Below are positions 14,055 to 26,156 of a DNA stretch of 64,000 bases, piece by piece (the first letter of the stretch is position 1; every line of letters starts with the position of its first letter). This stretch comes from Basidiobolus meristosporus CBS 931.73 (Eukaryota > Fungi > Basidiobolomycota). Below the pieces are notes generated by a model that made no database searches, was not told where the DNA came from, and saw nothing but the letters and a program-made list of their open reading frames with translations. The position numbers and the translations under genes were made by a program. The stretch covers positions 59,783-123,782 of the forward strand of contig MCFE01000221.1 of NCBI GenBank assembly GCA_002104905.1, given 5' to 3'.

Positions 14055-15299
14055 AGCTTATATGTGGATGATCCTATTATAGCTACCAATAACCCAGAAA
14101 CACTGGAAAAGACTAAAGCCAACCTATCTAAGGAGTCCAAGTACCCAATCCAGGAAACCTTGGTAACTACTTAGGGTAATACTCTGCGTATTTCCATCTA
14201 TGGAGAACTGTTTCCCTAAGCCAGTCCCAGTATATTCAAACTATATTTAGGAAGTACAAAGTGGAAGATTGTTAATTAACAGCTATTCCAATGCAGACAA
14301 ACCTTAACTTGGTCAAAACTCAGGCAAATTAAGAGAGCCAGTTGAAGTTGGCAGCCAGCATAAACAGAAATATGGATCTGATTATAATGCAGCAGTTAAG
14401 AGAAATTTTGATACTCAAAAGGAACTGCTAATATTGACTTAGGCTACACCTAAAAGGATTCAGAATAGGATCTTTTAGGATACCTCAATGCTGATTGGGA
14501 ATAAAATTTAAAAGACAGAAGTTCCAACACAGGATACACCCTTCTCTTCTGTAAAGGAGCAATTTCATGGCATTCCAGAGAGTAACCAGCCATAGCACTT
14601 TCCACCACAGAGACAGAGTATATAAGACCCTGAGAGGCTACAAAAGAAGCTATGTGATCAAGAGAGCTTTTTAAAAGCTTATATCAGAAAGCACCAACTG
14701 CAGAATTTTAAGATACTCAAGGATGTGTACAATTAGGTAGAAGTCCAACTCTGCATGATAGAGCTAGCCACATAGATAGTAGACATAACTTTATGTGGGA
14801 AGCTATAGAGAGTTATTTATTATACATAGTTTACTATCCCACAGATGAAATGATTACAGATATATAAACCAAACCATTAGTTAGAGACATATTTGAATGT
14901 CTTGGATCACAGTTAAGCCTAGTTAGTGTGACTACTTAGTTGAGTGGGAGTGTTGTAAAGATTTGTGATATCACCTAGATACTCACCTAGTTTAACCACC
15001 AAGATCATTATCTACAAATCTTATAGAATTCTGACCAAATATTTTGTTGAGATTTACTTATAACATTTTCACCAAAACATCAGTTGCCCAGAACATAAAA
15101 TTTGGATGAGTTGTCCAAGCAGCCCTAAACTCTGCACTCATGCTCTTGAGACCTTCCTAAGCATAGTTTACATATTTGTTTTGCTATGACCATGTAAAAG
15201 TATAAGTACCACTTTTACATTCAATAAATCATTAAGTGAAAACCGCATAATCTACTTGTTCTCCCAATCACTTCCAATATCTCCAAAACTCTTACAACA
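14055..15299 (+). mobile_element. Ty1/copia LTR-retrotransposon 3' remnant (degenerate RT/RNase H, PPT, 3' LTR 14951-15299)
   Basis: LYVDD at ~14060 and a GYxxADW...TGYTLLFCKGAISW...ALSTTETEY-like RNase H segment. PPT GAGTGGGAG is followed by a 349-bp LTR with TGTTGTAA...TTACAACA termini. Confidence 0.85.
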
Positions 15300-16861
15300 C
15301 TAAGCGCAAATCTCAGGGGCATTTGCACAGGTTTTGATAGCCTGGATAACTTTGAGGAATCCAAATATTAGCGAATATCTTACAAATAGAATCTTGAGCC
15401 AATAGTTTGTGGCCTAGTGATGGACAAAGTAAAGATTTAGGCGGTATAACTCCAGTGTTAAGTTATGCAATTGCTACAGAGCCTCAACTAAAAGCATCAA
15501 ATTGGAGGTGTTTGGCTGGAAAGTCCCCACATTTGGTCATTCATTGTACATCTTTGGTGTTATTGATCGGCTACAACGCAATTTGTTATTGGGAAATATG
15601 GAACTGAACTCTACTACTGAACCTTGCGGAACTTGATAAAAAGGCTTCGCTGTATATTATCATCGATTCGGTGCAAGGAACAGCTTTTTGTAGTGGCTCA
15701 CAATACATGAATTGCATGGCATTAGTCGTATCACAGATCCATCCAAACCAGGTTGATTCAGTTCGATTCATGGCGAGTGAGCGAGATCAATAGGATCAAC
15801 TGCAACCCATGTCATTGATCAGTAGGAAAATAGTTGCCATCACATCCAACACTGCCAACGATTTCATAGCCACCAATTGGTTTTTACTCCGACGCAGTGG
15901 CATCAGTTGGCTGAACGAACAGATAGAATCCATGGTCCGCTGTCGGCCACTCCGCCGAGGTGTGAATGGGAAATTACCGGGTACACATCGCTGAAGATCG
16001 CGCATTTGCTACGGAAGATACCCAAGCAAGCAGGGAGTACCATCACCAGGCACCGTGGAAATAAATAGATCAGTATATATAGCATTAGGCCATATATAGG
16101 AATCTAACCCTAACCTGCTTCACACCTACAACCACCCACGCTTAAAGTCGCATTCGGTAGGTAGCACCAGCCGAATCTGAATGATCTTTAAACATCTCTA
16201 CGCATCATCACTACGCGTCACTCATCGTGTTATTAGATCGGATTCAGATGGATTTGCTTGGCTCCAAATGAATGGATTCCCTCTGGTGAGACTTGGTTGC
16301 CCGAACAGCCACTGGGAGCCCCCTGAAATGTGCTGGGGTATCTGATTGGCAAGGATGAGACACCGTTCCATACCCTTAAGATACCAAGTACTCGCCAATG
16401 AAAGCGTCAATGAACGCCAATAAAGGATTGTATGACCGCGAAGTTCATCCATGTCCCTTGAGAAATCCGCACTCGGTCCCGCATTCGGTCGACCACTATA
16501 TCAAGCTTTGATGACATCAAAAACCTGGAAATCGCTGGGCATCAAGGTAATATAATGATATGGTGCCCACCACTCTCGGATATACTCCAGATGGTTAGGG
16601 CCCAATATTGCTCGGAAAATCCTCTTGATTTCTCCGCAAGACCTGCGCATCTCTCTCCTTTTAGGGAATAAAGGCCGAGTCAACGAAACCACGTTAGGGT
16701 TAGGGTTGCACGCTGGATGTGAATGGATCATCTCGACTAATAGACACAAAGGGAGGGCATTCGATGCGCATGAGCGTCTGGTTGACGCAGACGCCGTTTT
16801 CTATAAAACCCCCTTGACTTGCTTGGTTCTGGACCATTCTCTTACTCCTACACCAAACAAC

Positions 16862-18415
16862 ATGCTGGCTGAAGCACTCTCCAATGTGGTCAATGGCACC
16901 AGCTTTGACTCCATTTTCCAAGGAATCGACCCTGGCCTCTACAACACCATTGCAATCAGCCTCGGCGTGGCTGGTGCCGTCTATCTAGCCCAGGCACACT
17001 TCCATGAGAAGAGCAACCTCCCACCACTGGTTCCCTACACTAACCCCATTAAAGGCAGCACCGAGGAATACCAAGCCGACCCCAGTGGCTGGGTCAAAAA
17101 GCAAAAGGCCAAGTACGGACCCGTCTTCCGCGCACACCTCAACGGCCGCATCATCACAGTGGTTGGCAAAGATCTCGTGCGCGACGTTGCACTCCGACCT
17201 GACATGAGTTTTCTCCGGGCCATCTCGGATAACATCGATATCGGGGAGATGGTGGTGGGCGAGGATTCGTGGAGGTACAACGAGCTACTGCACAATATCA
17301 TCACCAAGCATCTCACCCCCAATCTGAAGAACATCACCGGAACCGTTGTCACCCACCTGGATGCACTTATCAGTCAGGAGTTTGGCCAGGAGCCCATGAT
17401 CCTGGATGATCCTACCAACAAGCTTCTCAAGGCCATCTCCAAGGCCAGCGCCAGAGTGTTTGTTGGCGAGGAGCTTTGTGCCAAAGAGCAGCTGCTGGAG
17501 TCCTTCAGAAACCTCACCTTGGACACTGCGGATCTTTTGAAGGGGAACCCGTGGTTGAAGTACTTCCCCACGCTCAACAAGTATTGGGCCAAAATGCATT
17601 ACAAATTCACCACCCCTGTCCGCAAGCACCGAGCCCTTCTCAAATCAGAGGTGGGGCCGGTGGTGGAGAGGCGGGTGAGGGAGTGCAAGTCCCCCGGATG
17701 GAAACGACCAGATGACATGCTTCAGACCCTGATAGAAATGTACCCTGCAGACCAGATCAATATTGATGAGATCGTACTGATCTTGATCACGTTGATTTTC
17801 GCCTCGGTTCACACCACCTCAATGAACTCCAATTTCGCCTTGTACTTCATCGCAGCCTACCCAGGATATGTAGAGGAGCTACTTGAAGAGCAGGACAAGG
17901 TGTTCCAAGAGTTGGGCATTACCGACACCTCCGACCCAGTCGCCACATGGACCTTCGAGGTGGTCAAGCGGCTGGAGAAGCTGGACAGCTTTGTACGCGA
18001 ATCGTTCCGGTACCGCGATGACCACCTCGCCTTGCCACATCGTCAGGTGGAATTCAAGGATATTACGCTCTCGAATGGCATGTTGATTCCCAAGGGACAA
18101 CACATCAGCCTGGATCATGAGGAGGTTTATCGAAGTGAGGAGTGGCAAGGGCCCAATCCCGACAAGTTCGACCCTTGGCGCTTCGTCGGAAAGAACAAGC
18201 AGGCCACCAAGATTGGCGCAGACTACCTACCGTTCGGCATCGGTAGATTCGCCTGCCCAGGACGGTTCTTCGCCATCCAAGAGATCAAGACCGTGCTCAG
18301 CATCCTCATCCGTAACTACCACATCTCCATGGTGGACAAATTCCAGATCATTCATGTTGGCAATAGTATCCGACTTCCTTACGGTCGGGTAAAGTTTGAG
18401 AGGCGCCAATCTTGA
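16862..18415 (+). CDS. Cytochrome P450, intronless
   Basis: N-terminal membrane anchor, I-helix FASVHTTS, ExxR (ESFR), PDKFDPWRF and heme motif PFGIGRFACPG. First ATG in frame is at 16862. Confidence 0.95.
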   Translation: MLAEALSNVVNGTSFDSIFQGIDPGLYNTIAISLGVAGAVYLAQAHFHEKSNLPPLVPYTNPIKGSTEEYQADPSGWVKKQKAKYGPVFRAHLNGRIITVVGKDLVRDVALRPDMSFLRAISDNIDIGEMVVGEDSWRYNELLHNIITKHLTPNLKNITGTVVTHLDALISQEFGQEPMILDDPTNKLLKAISKASARVFVGEELCAKEQLLESFRNLTLDTADLLKGNPWLKYFPTLNKYWAKMHYKFTTPVRKHRALLKSEVGPVVERRVRECKSPGWKRPDDMLQTLIEMYPADQINIDEIVLILITLIFASVHTTSMNSNFALYFIAAYPGYVEELLEEQDKVFQELGITDTSDPVATWTFEVVKRLEKLDSFVRESFRYRDDHLALPHRQVEFKDITLSNGMLIPKGQHISLDHEEVYRSEEWQGPNPDKFDPWRFVGKNKQATKIGADYLPFGIGRFACPGRFFAIQEIKTVLSILIRNYHISMVDKFQIIHVGNSIRLPYGRVKFERRQS

Positions 18416-18671
18416 GATAGTGCCAGATTACACCAAATAAATCTTCATTGTTTCGTATCACCGAAAATCCCCTCCGAGTAACCTTTGCGCCACTAGACCG
18501 GCGTGGAAAACCGTCGAACGCGAATTATTCAGGTTTGATGGTTGATAGGGAGCTGCAGATTTAACGGTTAATGCTACGATAAACAGACGATAAACAGCAA
18601 GCTGACGATGGGCGGGTGATGATAAATAGGAGTTGGAGAGGTTATGGTGAACAGATTAATATGGAGTTGGC

Positions 18672-18733
18672 GATGTATAGGCCGTAATAATAGTTGATGT
18701 ATAGGCCGTAATAATAGTTGGTGATGTATAGGC
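18672..18733. repeat. Short tandem repeat, 24-bp unit GATGTATAGGCCGTAATAATAGTT x2 plus a partial unit
   Basis: Read directly from the sequence. Confidence 0.8.
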
Positions 18734-19238
18734 TAGTCAGGTTTAATCACGATTAAGAGACCAGCTGCCATCATCGCACTCCTAGAATCCACTCAAGAAT
18801 CAGGGAAATACCAGATTTGTGCAGTACAAATCAATTAGCCAACGCTATTCAAATATCAAGGTGCAGATATCAATAAATCACCTAAAGATAGGTGGAGTCC
18901 AATAAAGAAATCTTCCGAGCACTTGCACCACAATCCACCTGAGTGCAGGGTTGGGTGGTCGCCATCGGAATAGCAACCTGGGGTTAGGATTGGCTCCCAC
19001 CTGGGGAATTCCGTTGGTAATGGTAAGCAATATGTTGAAGCAACCCCAGTGTGGACCTCTGCATATCAAAGCAAACCAGATAAACAGCCGATGCAACCCT
19101 CCTTTTTTTCAAAAGAACATTGCACGCATCTGACCGCTTTCCGCTCGCCAATCTGGCCCGTATAAATACTCGGCTCGAGTGGTGGGCCATATCGTAGCAA
19201 ATTTTGCGCAATCCCAGAACGACTTCCAGCAAAATATC

Positions 19239-20871
19239 ATGAAACTCTTTTCGAGAGTAACTCAGTTTGCCATCCTGTTGACCATCTCCTCCATCCTCGT
19301 AAACGGTCAGCAACAGCAGCGTCAGCAGCAACAGCAACGTCAGCAACAGCAACAGCAACGCCAGCACCAGCCACCACAGCAGCAACGCCAGCCACCACAG
19401 CAACAACAACAGCAGCAGCAACAAAGTAGACAATGCTCCAAGATCACTCTTCGCAAAGAGGTTAGAGAACTCACTGAGAAGGAGTGGGATGATTTTGTGG
19501 CAGCAGTTAGACAGCTACATAGCGGCCCATCGCCAACCATATACGATAGATTTGTAGATATCCACCTTCAGAATGTAGCCAGTGCACACGCAATTCCAGC
19601 ATTCTTTCCCTGGCATCGAATGTTCGTCAAGGCATTCGAGCAGCAGCTCCAGATCATCAACCCCAATGTCGCCGTGCCGTACTGGGTAGGTATATCGTGA
19701 GCACGGCATGATTCTTCGGTAGGCTGACGGCTTTTTACTTTCAGGATTGGACTCTGGACTCTCAGGCACCTGAGAAGAGCGAGATCTTCTTCCCGCAGTA
19801 CTTTGGATCGAGCGGAGAGTCACTATGTATTGAGGACGGCCCATTCTCTGGCTGGATGATGAACACCCCTAAGCCTCACTGCCTACGAAGGAAATGGAAC
19901 AAAGGAAAGCAAATCAGCGCCTTCTACCCACCTGAGCTGCTCTCTCGCATACTCAACGAAGCGAAGTCCTACGCCGAGTTTCGTGTGGCCGTTGAGGCTG
20001 CCCCTCATGGGCTGGTCCACGTGAACATTGGCAGCGACGGTGGAGATGTGAGTACGATGTGGAGCCCCAATGAGTAAGTTTTATTGGTCAGATCTCAGCC
20101 CTGGGACAGCATAGACTAACCATAATGCAGCCCGATCTTCTGGATCCATCATTCCTTCGTGGACAAGATTTGGGCGGATTTCCAGATTGCCAAGCCTGCG
20201 TTGGCCGGGACCTACGACGGAAAAGATAGATCCAATAGAACGGTGAGCAAAGACGACATCATCCCGCCGTTTAATGCCCGAGTCTCCGATACACTGTTTA
20301 TCAACCAAGCACCCCTCTGCTACCGCTATACCAATCCCGGGCTTGTGGCGAAGGGTGAAGCACTTCAAAGCACCCCGCCAGCATCGGAGCAAAGAAAACG
20401 AAGCGTAGAGCCCGAGGGAACAGTCGGCCCGACGACCGAACCGACCAAACCAAACTTCGCACACCAAACCCGCTACCCGACTCCTGGATAGCGATGATGG
20501 AGCTAAACCCCGAGAGAGTCCGCGCCATGGAGAGTCAGTTCGCCGAGTTCATAGCCACTCTAAACAAGGATCCCAGCTACACCTCCCCCGTCGCCTTGTC
20601 CAAGAAGGGGGACACTATCAAGAAGCTGCTCAGCGGAACCTTGGAGTCCATCGGGCTATTCGAGGGGCTGGCCAGAATACCGACATTAAACCTGTCCACT
20701 CTGGTGAAGATCGGGGAGCAAACCCCACTGGCAAGTGTCGTGGGGCCAGTTGCACACGCAATAAACTCCTTGATTAATCAGCATGACGGTAAAGCAGCCA
20801 CTTCACACACTCCATATCGAACAGAAGACGTACTAAAACTTAACGTGGCTGGAATTCGTGTAGGCCTCTAA
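19239..20871 (+). CDS. Secreted tyrosinase (type-3 copper) with N-terminal polyQ tract; apparent frameshift near 20340-20400
   Basis: Signal peptide MKLFSRVTQFAILLTISSILVNG. CuA H...AH...FFPWHR and CuB PHGLVH...DPIFWIHH. Introns 19686-19744 and 20074-20130. The C-terminal PDDRTDQTKLRTPNPLPDSWIAMMELNPERVR is in a different frame from the upstream exon. Confidence 0.88.
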
Positions 20872-21191
20872 TACTGTATTCACGTAGGGTCTGGCCTACC
20901 ACTGCCCCGTCATCCAGTGAATTGAAACCCCGACCCACTTCATCAGTCCCTGTCTTACCAAAATAGAACCCAATGATCTCCCGACCAATTCGTTATTTAT
21001 CTCCCAAAGCAAATCCCATAAAACTGGCCTATTTATATTTTGTTGGAATTGTCGATCGATTGTTCAGTAGATTATGTGATCCCAACCAACACCAAGAATT
21101 AAAAGTTCTGGTTCGATTCACCAAGCGGGGATTTTCTCACCTCCCCTTGCCAGTCTTACCACCAACCCAACCTAGGTGGGAAGTTTCCCTC

Positions 21192-22792
21192 ATGGAAGAA
21201 CATTCCCTAGATAGCTACAAAAAATGTCTTCTCCGCATGTACGTCCAGAACCCGGTCTTGATGGGCGAACTTCTCAAGAGCAACCCCGGCTTTGATTGGA
21301 GCCAGGGGCGTCTAGACCTGAACGCAGTTTTTACTGAAGGCGTGGAGAGTTTCGAAGAGTTGGAGGAGAGGTTGCCAGAGTACCTGGCGAGGATCTCTCG
21401 CTCGTACGGCTTTCACGAACTGTACTTTCGGATCTATACTTGGCTGCACCAAGCATCCGACGCCGCCGAACGCGTGGACATCTCGAGACACGCCGGCCAC
21501 CTAATCTTCAACCAAACCACGCGGGAGCTGCTTGTTAGTCCAAGCAAAACACCCTTCCTAGAGAGCTTCCTACCCAAGGTGACGTTCTCCCCACCTGTGC
21601 TGCGGGTTCGCGTCACCTCGGATTCCTCAAACCACGAGGTCAGCTTTTATGTCAATAAAACCTTGGTTCACTTTATTGAAACGCACTTCTCCATAGGCTT
21701 TGGGCAGTCTGGGAACTCTGGAGGGGCGGATGGGTGGGGTGGTGGACTTTGGGAACATGAATTCTGTGCTCAACAAACTGTCCAGACTGGTGGATTTCCA
21801 AGTATTTCTGGTGGTATTTCTTTTCACCGCTTCTTCCTAACCGAGGGATTACCTAGAATACCGGGCATTCCTTGGACACCATCCTCCAGGGTGCGCTGAG
21901 GTGGGCGAGGAGCGCTCCGGAATCGCCTAGTCACGTGAGTGGGCTCATGGAGACCGTTCTGCGGAGCAGCCTTGAGAAGGTCACCCAGGAGAGGCAAGGT
22001 TAGTGAGTTGACTCGCTTGAGCACCATTCGTTGCTGACACCCATTCAGGACTAGAGAAGCAACACCAAAATCACCAAACTTCCAACCCCTTGTCCAAGCT
22101 AAGCTACTCTATACAAATGGCAATGTTCAGACAAACCACTGGAAACGGCCTCTACTTCGTGTGCATGTGGGACGTATGCAAGCAATCCTGGATCCAATAC
22201 TGCGAGAATCAGGTTAATGCGGTATGTCATTCAGCCACCGTCACCCCTGACTACTGACTAACTTGCATCGGACCCCGCCAAAAGATGAGCGAGGCGACGT
22301 TCTTCGAGTATCTCGGCGACTCACCGGAAGTCACACCGGTCTGGCTTATGTATATCCGGCAGGACTACTGGTTCGGTAATCGATCTAGCTCCCATGCAGT
22401 CCTCTCCTAAGTGGTACTAAGTTTGCCATATTCTAGCTTTGAATGAGCCGTACGCTCCTGCGGACGGGGAGACCAACCCCTCCACCACCCTTGTGGAGGA
22501 TGGCCCAGCGCAGCGTGACTCGGCCTATGCAGAGACGTACGATTGCTACGACGACGAGGTCTTCGATATTATCGCGTGTCATTTATGCAACAATGGGGAT
22601 TCCAACCCCGGGAACCAGATACTGCTGTGTGATGGATGTAACGGTGCGGTGCATCAACTGTGCCAGATCCCGGCGATTACCGAGGAGGAGATCGAGTACG
22701 ATCCGTGGTTTTGCGTGAAATGCTGGAGAGCCCGGAACCCGCCTGCATCCGAAGAGGGGGTGGATCCCGCCAAGCGTCGGAAAGTCGAGTGA
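21192..22792 (+). CDS. Multi-exon protein with C-terminal PHD finger
   Basis: The last exon encodes CHLC...LLCDGC...HQLC...WFCVKC (C4-H-C3) and an NLS-like AKRRK. Upstream exons can be joined with plausible GT-AG introns from ATG 21192. The exon structure is tentative. Confidence 0.65.
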
Positions 22793-23004
22793 TGTAAAGT
22801 AATATAGAGAAGCAACCCAAACGATAGACGACATTGATGAGAGTGCGTGCGTATATACAATATATATATATGTATATGTATATGTACATGTATATAAGCG
22901 TTTATTGTCAAAAATACAAAAGCAACAAGATTGAGCCAAAGCGTCGAATAAAACTGTCGTTAATTGCGATATCACTGATCAATGTTACAGATAGTCCGTG
23001 CCGG

Positions 23005-24147
23005 TCAGGTGGATTTCCTTTTCCGAGGGTTCACTTCACTCGAACTCCCCTCGAGGTAGATGTCTGGCTGCGTCGAGTAGTGTGAGCCATAAAATTCGCT
23101 CAAGACCGAATGCTCGGTAAATTGAAGGTTTGGGAAAAGAGCATGCAGCTGTGGTAAATTCGAACTTTCGTGGCAAGGCCAGGTTAGGCTGTGCGCCGGG
23201 TATTCGCTCCAAGTACAGTTGCCTCCTTGTGTTCGCCAGAGAATGTTTGAGAAGGGGGAGTCGGAGGGTAACAGCGAGACTGGAACGTATTGCCCATATG
23301 CCTCAGTACTCGTCTGGCTCCCCCTCAGCCCCAACCCCCAGTCTGAAGGCTCTTGGTGTACGCTTGTGGAAGCCTCAATAGAACCAGAATGATACTCAGC
23401 GGTATCGGGACTTTCAGAGCTTGCAGTGTTGTAGCCCTTGACCGGCTTACGAAAGCGATGTTGCTTGATCAGCTCGGAGTTGAGTTTGATCTCGGCAAGC
23501 TCCATGAAGGCATGGGGTGGGTGCAAACGACCTGAATGAACATCTGAAGTAGAGAAAGTGAGTATTCGAGAGAGCGGAAGGCAAAGAATTAAATGCACCT
23601 TCTATTTTGTGGTAGCATATGAGATGTTGGCAGGTGTTATTTAGCTCGATAGCGATGGTTTTCTTGATCAGACCGCCATGTTTGAACACGAACGTCCCCT
23701 TGTTGCTCTCCAGAACACTCGCCTTGTCGATGTCCTGAAGCTCAGGGTCGTCGGTGCATTCATCACCCGGCTTCCTGGGGGCGATCTTTTTGTCCAGCTC
23801 TCGGTAGACCAGGAAATTCCCGAGTATCCTGGAAGGAGACCACAGACGGCCATCTGTCCAGCGCTTGATCCCACTCTCCTTCTCGTCAAACACGTAGACC
23901 GAGCCAGATCTCAGCAGCTTTTTTTCCTTCTCATGGAGACGTCGCCTCATCCGCGCCAGGATTCCTCTATTGCATGCCTCTTTTGAATGGAGTTAGTAGC
24001 AATCCCATCCAGCAAGGCAGTGGAATCAAGCAATTACCAACGATTATCAAGGCGTCTTTGGTGCTCTCAACTAGACCTAAAGCAACAGTTCAACAACGGC
24101 AGTGGAGTAGCCTCGTATTCTTCGAGCTTACCAAAAAACGTCTCCAT
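23005..24147 (-). CDS. Gti1/Pac2 (WOPR) family transcription regulator
   Basis: Spliced N-terminus METFFGLVESTKDALIIVEACNRGILARMRRRL...RSGSVYVFDEKESGIKRWTDGRLWSPSRILGNFLVYRE is the diagnostic Gti1/Pac2 domain. Confidence 0.92.
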
Positions 24148-24372
24148 TATTCACTTTATTAGTCGTTGAGAGCCAGGCAACCACTGCCTTTTTATTATAT
24201 ATTATGGTTGGATGGCTAACTGGTTTCACGTTTATTAGATAGATTCCATGAAGTTTATTTAATTCAACCTTTTGTTCAACCCTCTCCAAGTTGATCATCT
24301 CCAACCTATCTATCATTCGAGTTTGGTTTTGGTGCTTGGTTTTGGTCTGTTATATGACTCGAGATGTTCAAT

Positions 24373-25786
24373 TCACAGGTCTTGAAGCTCTTTCAGTACT
24401 TTGGCTGACTTCATGTGGGGGCCGACGTAGATGGCCTTCCCGGAGCTAGTCAGTTGGTAATTGGGGTCGAATATCAGCCCTTCAGGCAGCACGTATTGAC
24501 GATAGAAATTGCTGCATTGGTATCCGACTCGATGAGGAATATAGGAAGAAAACAATCCCCACTAGATTGGCTGCATATCAGTATCCGCAACCGCCCATTG
24601 AATGCTAGACAGTGATTCATACCTTATCCCCGCAGCCGAACTCCGCCGCAACCTACAAGACGAATATTCGCGTCAACACTCGTAGTCGGCGAATACCAAA
24701 CGCTACTTACCTTCAGGAAGTGGGTTTTCTCCTCCTCCGTCCAATCACCCGTCCACTGCTCCACCCCGGGCTCGACATGTCGATAGAAGTACGCGTTGGG
24801 GTTTTTCTTGAACAGCTTGGATGCCACCAATTTCGCATCTGACCAGCCGTTTGCGTTCTTCTTGCCTTTCCGCCCCTTCTTCTCGCCTGGTAGGTGGATG
24901 GGCGCCGCTTAGATGGTGGCCACCGTCGTGCATAATACGAAGTGCTGTACGTACCAGTCCCAAGTGGATCCTTGAATGAAAACTTCCCTCCACCATTCTT
25001 CTCCCAGGCCTCAGCTGCGGAGGCTTCGAACCCGTGACGTTCCATTAACTCTGGATTGATCCAGCCTACGCAAGAGATTGGCCATTAGGCAACAGCCTAC
25101 AGTTCCGCTGGTCAAGTCGATCCCTTACCTTTGTATTTGCCACTGACCTTGATCGCGTTCTCGCAGATCTCCTTTGAGAAGTACTCCTCGGCGGTCTTGA
25201 GGATATGATCCAGCTCGGGGATACTCTACATCAGGATACACATTAATACTTTATGCTTGCGGGTGGATGACCGATGGCGTACATTATCTTCTTGATTTTC
25301 CGAGGAGGCATCCTCCACAGGGGCCTCCCCTTTTAGTCTTTTCGAGATCCTGCTTGGCTTGGGCACCGCCTTGGTCGCCTCCTTTTCAGGTTTCTTACGC
25401 TGTGTACGTTTTCTCACCACCTTTGGTTCTTCCTCGGGTGGTTTGGTTTGGACCGTGTCCACTTCAGGGCTCTCGGAGAGGGTGCTGGTCTCGGTCACGA
25501 GGTTGAGAGAGAGAAGCAGCTCTCTGTTCCGCTTGATGTTCTCTTGGCGTTGAAGTTCATACTCGGAAAGGGCTGGTTGCAAAGCAAAAAATGGATGAGT
25601 TCAGGTTGTTGTTGAACGAATGGAGGGGTGCTCAGAGTATTCCAAGACGGGGGGAAAGGGGGAGCCGGGTGGAGTAATCGGACCATGGATCTGGTGGAGA
25701 AAAGGAATTGGCAACAACCAGTCAAAGGTTCAAGAGTGAAGACACCCTGCTTTCAGGAGAACCGTACCTTCAGCTTTACTAGGCAT
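24373..25786 (-). CDS. Myb/SANT-like DNA-binding domain protein
   Basis: Spliced start MPSKAE|ALSEYELQRQENIKRN. C-terminal GDWTEEEKTHFLK...WGLFSSYIPHRVGYQCSNFYR fits a Myb repeat. Confidence 0.75.
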
Positions 25787-26156
25787 GACTGAAAAAGGAT
25801 TGGGAAGTACACACCTCTTGCTCTTAGAAAATGCTTGTGTTCGTAAGGTACCCGCCTGCTTACGGTGAAGAAATGATCGGATGTTTATGGGAGGCAAGAA
25901 TGGGTAAACGGTTTTGTTGTTTCCAGCGTTATGCTTAAATCATAACAAGCCGACTCAGTGAAATGTGACTATGTGCTGTGGTGATAGGCCACCAATTTTG
26001 GGTTAGGGGAGCGGGATTGTTTACAATATGGCGGGTGGATGGGTAGGGTAGTGGGTGGATGGTGATTTCAACTGTTTATTGCATAGGTTGTGTATATACT
26101 GTATATATATATATATATAGATTGTGTATATACTGATGGATAGGGCAAGAAAAATA

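Noticed and set aside
15300-16620. Short ORFs between the copia LTR and the P450
   Set aside because: There are no recognisable motifs and no consistent splice model, so a gene is not supported.
16625-16861. N-terminal extension of the P450 in the ORF track
   Set aside because: It starts at a non-ATG codon and includes a TTAGGG motif. ATG 16862 gives a normal membrane-anchored P450 start.
16862-20871. P450 plus tyrosinase as a biosynthetic gene cluster
   Set aside because: No backbone synthase or transporter lies nearby, and the tyrosinase is secreted, so adjacency alone is weak evidence.
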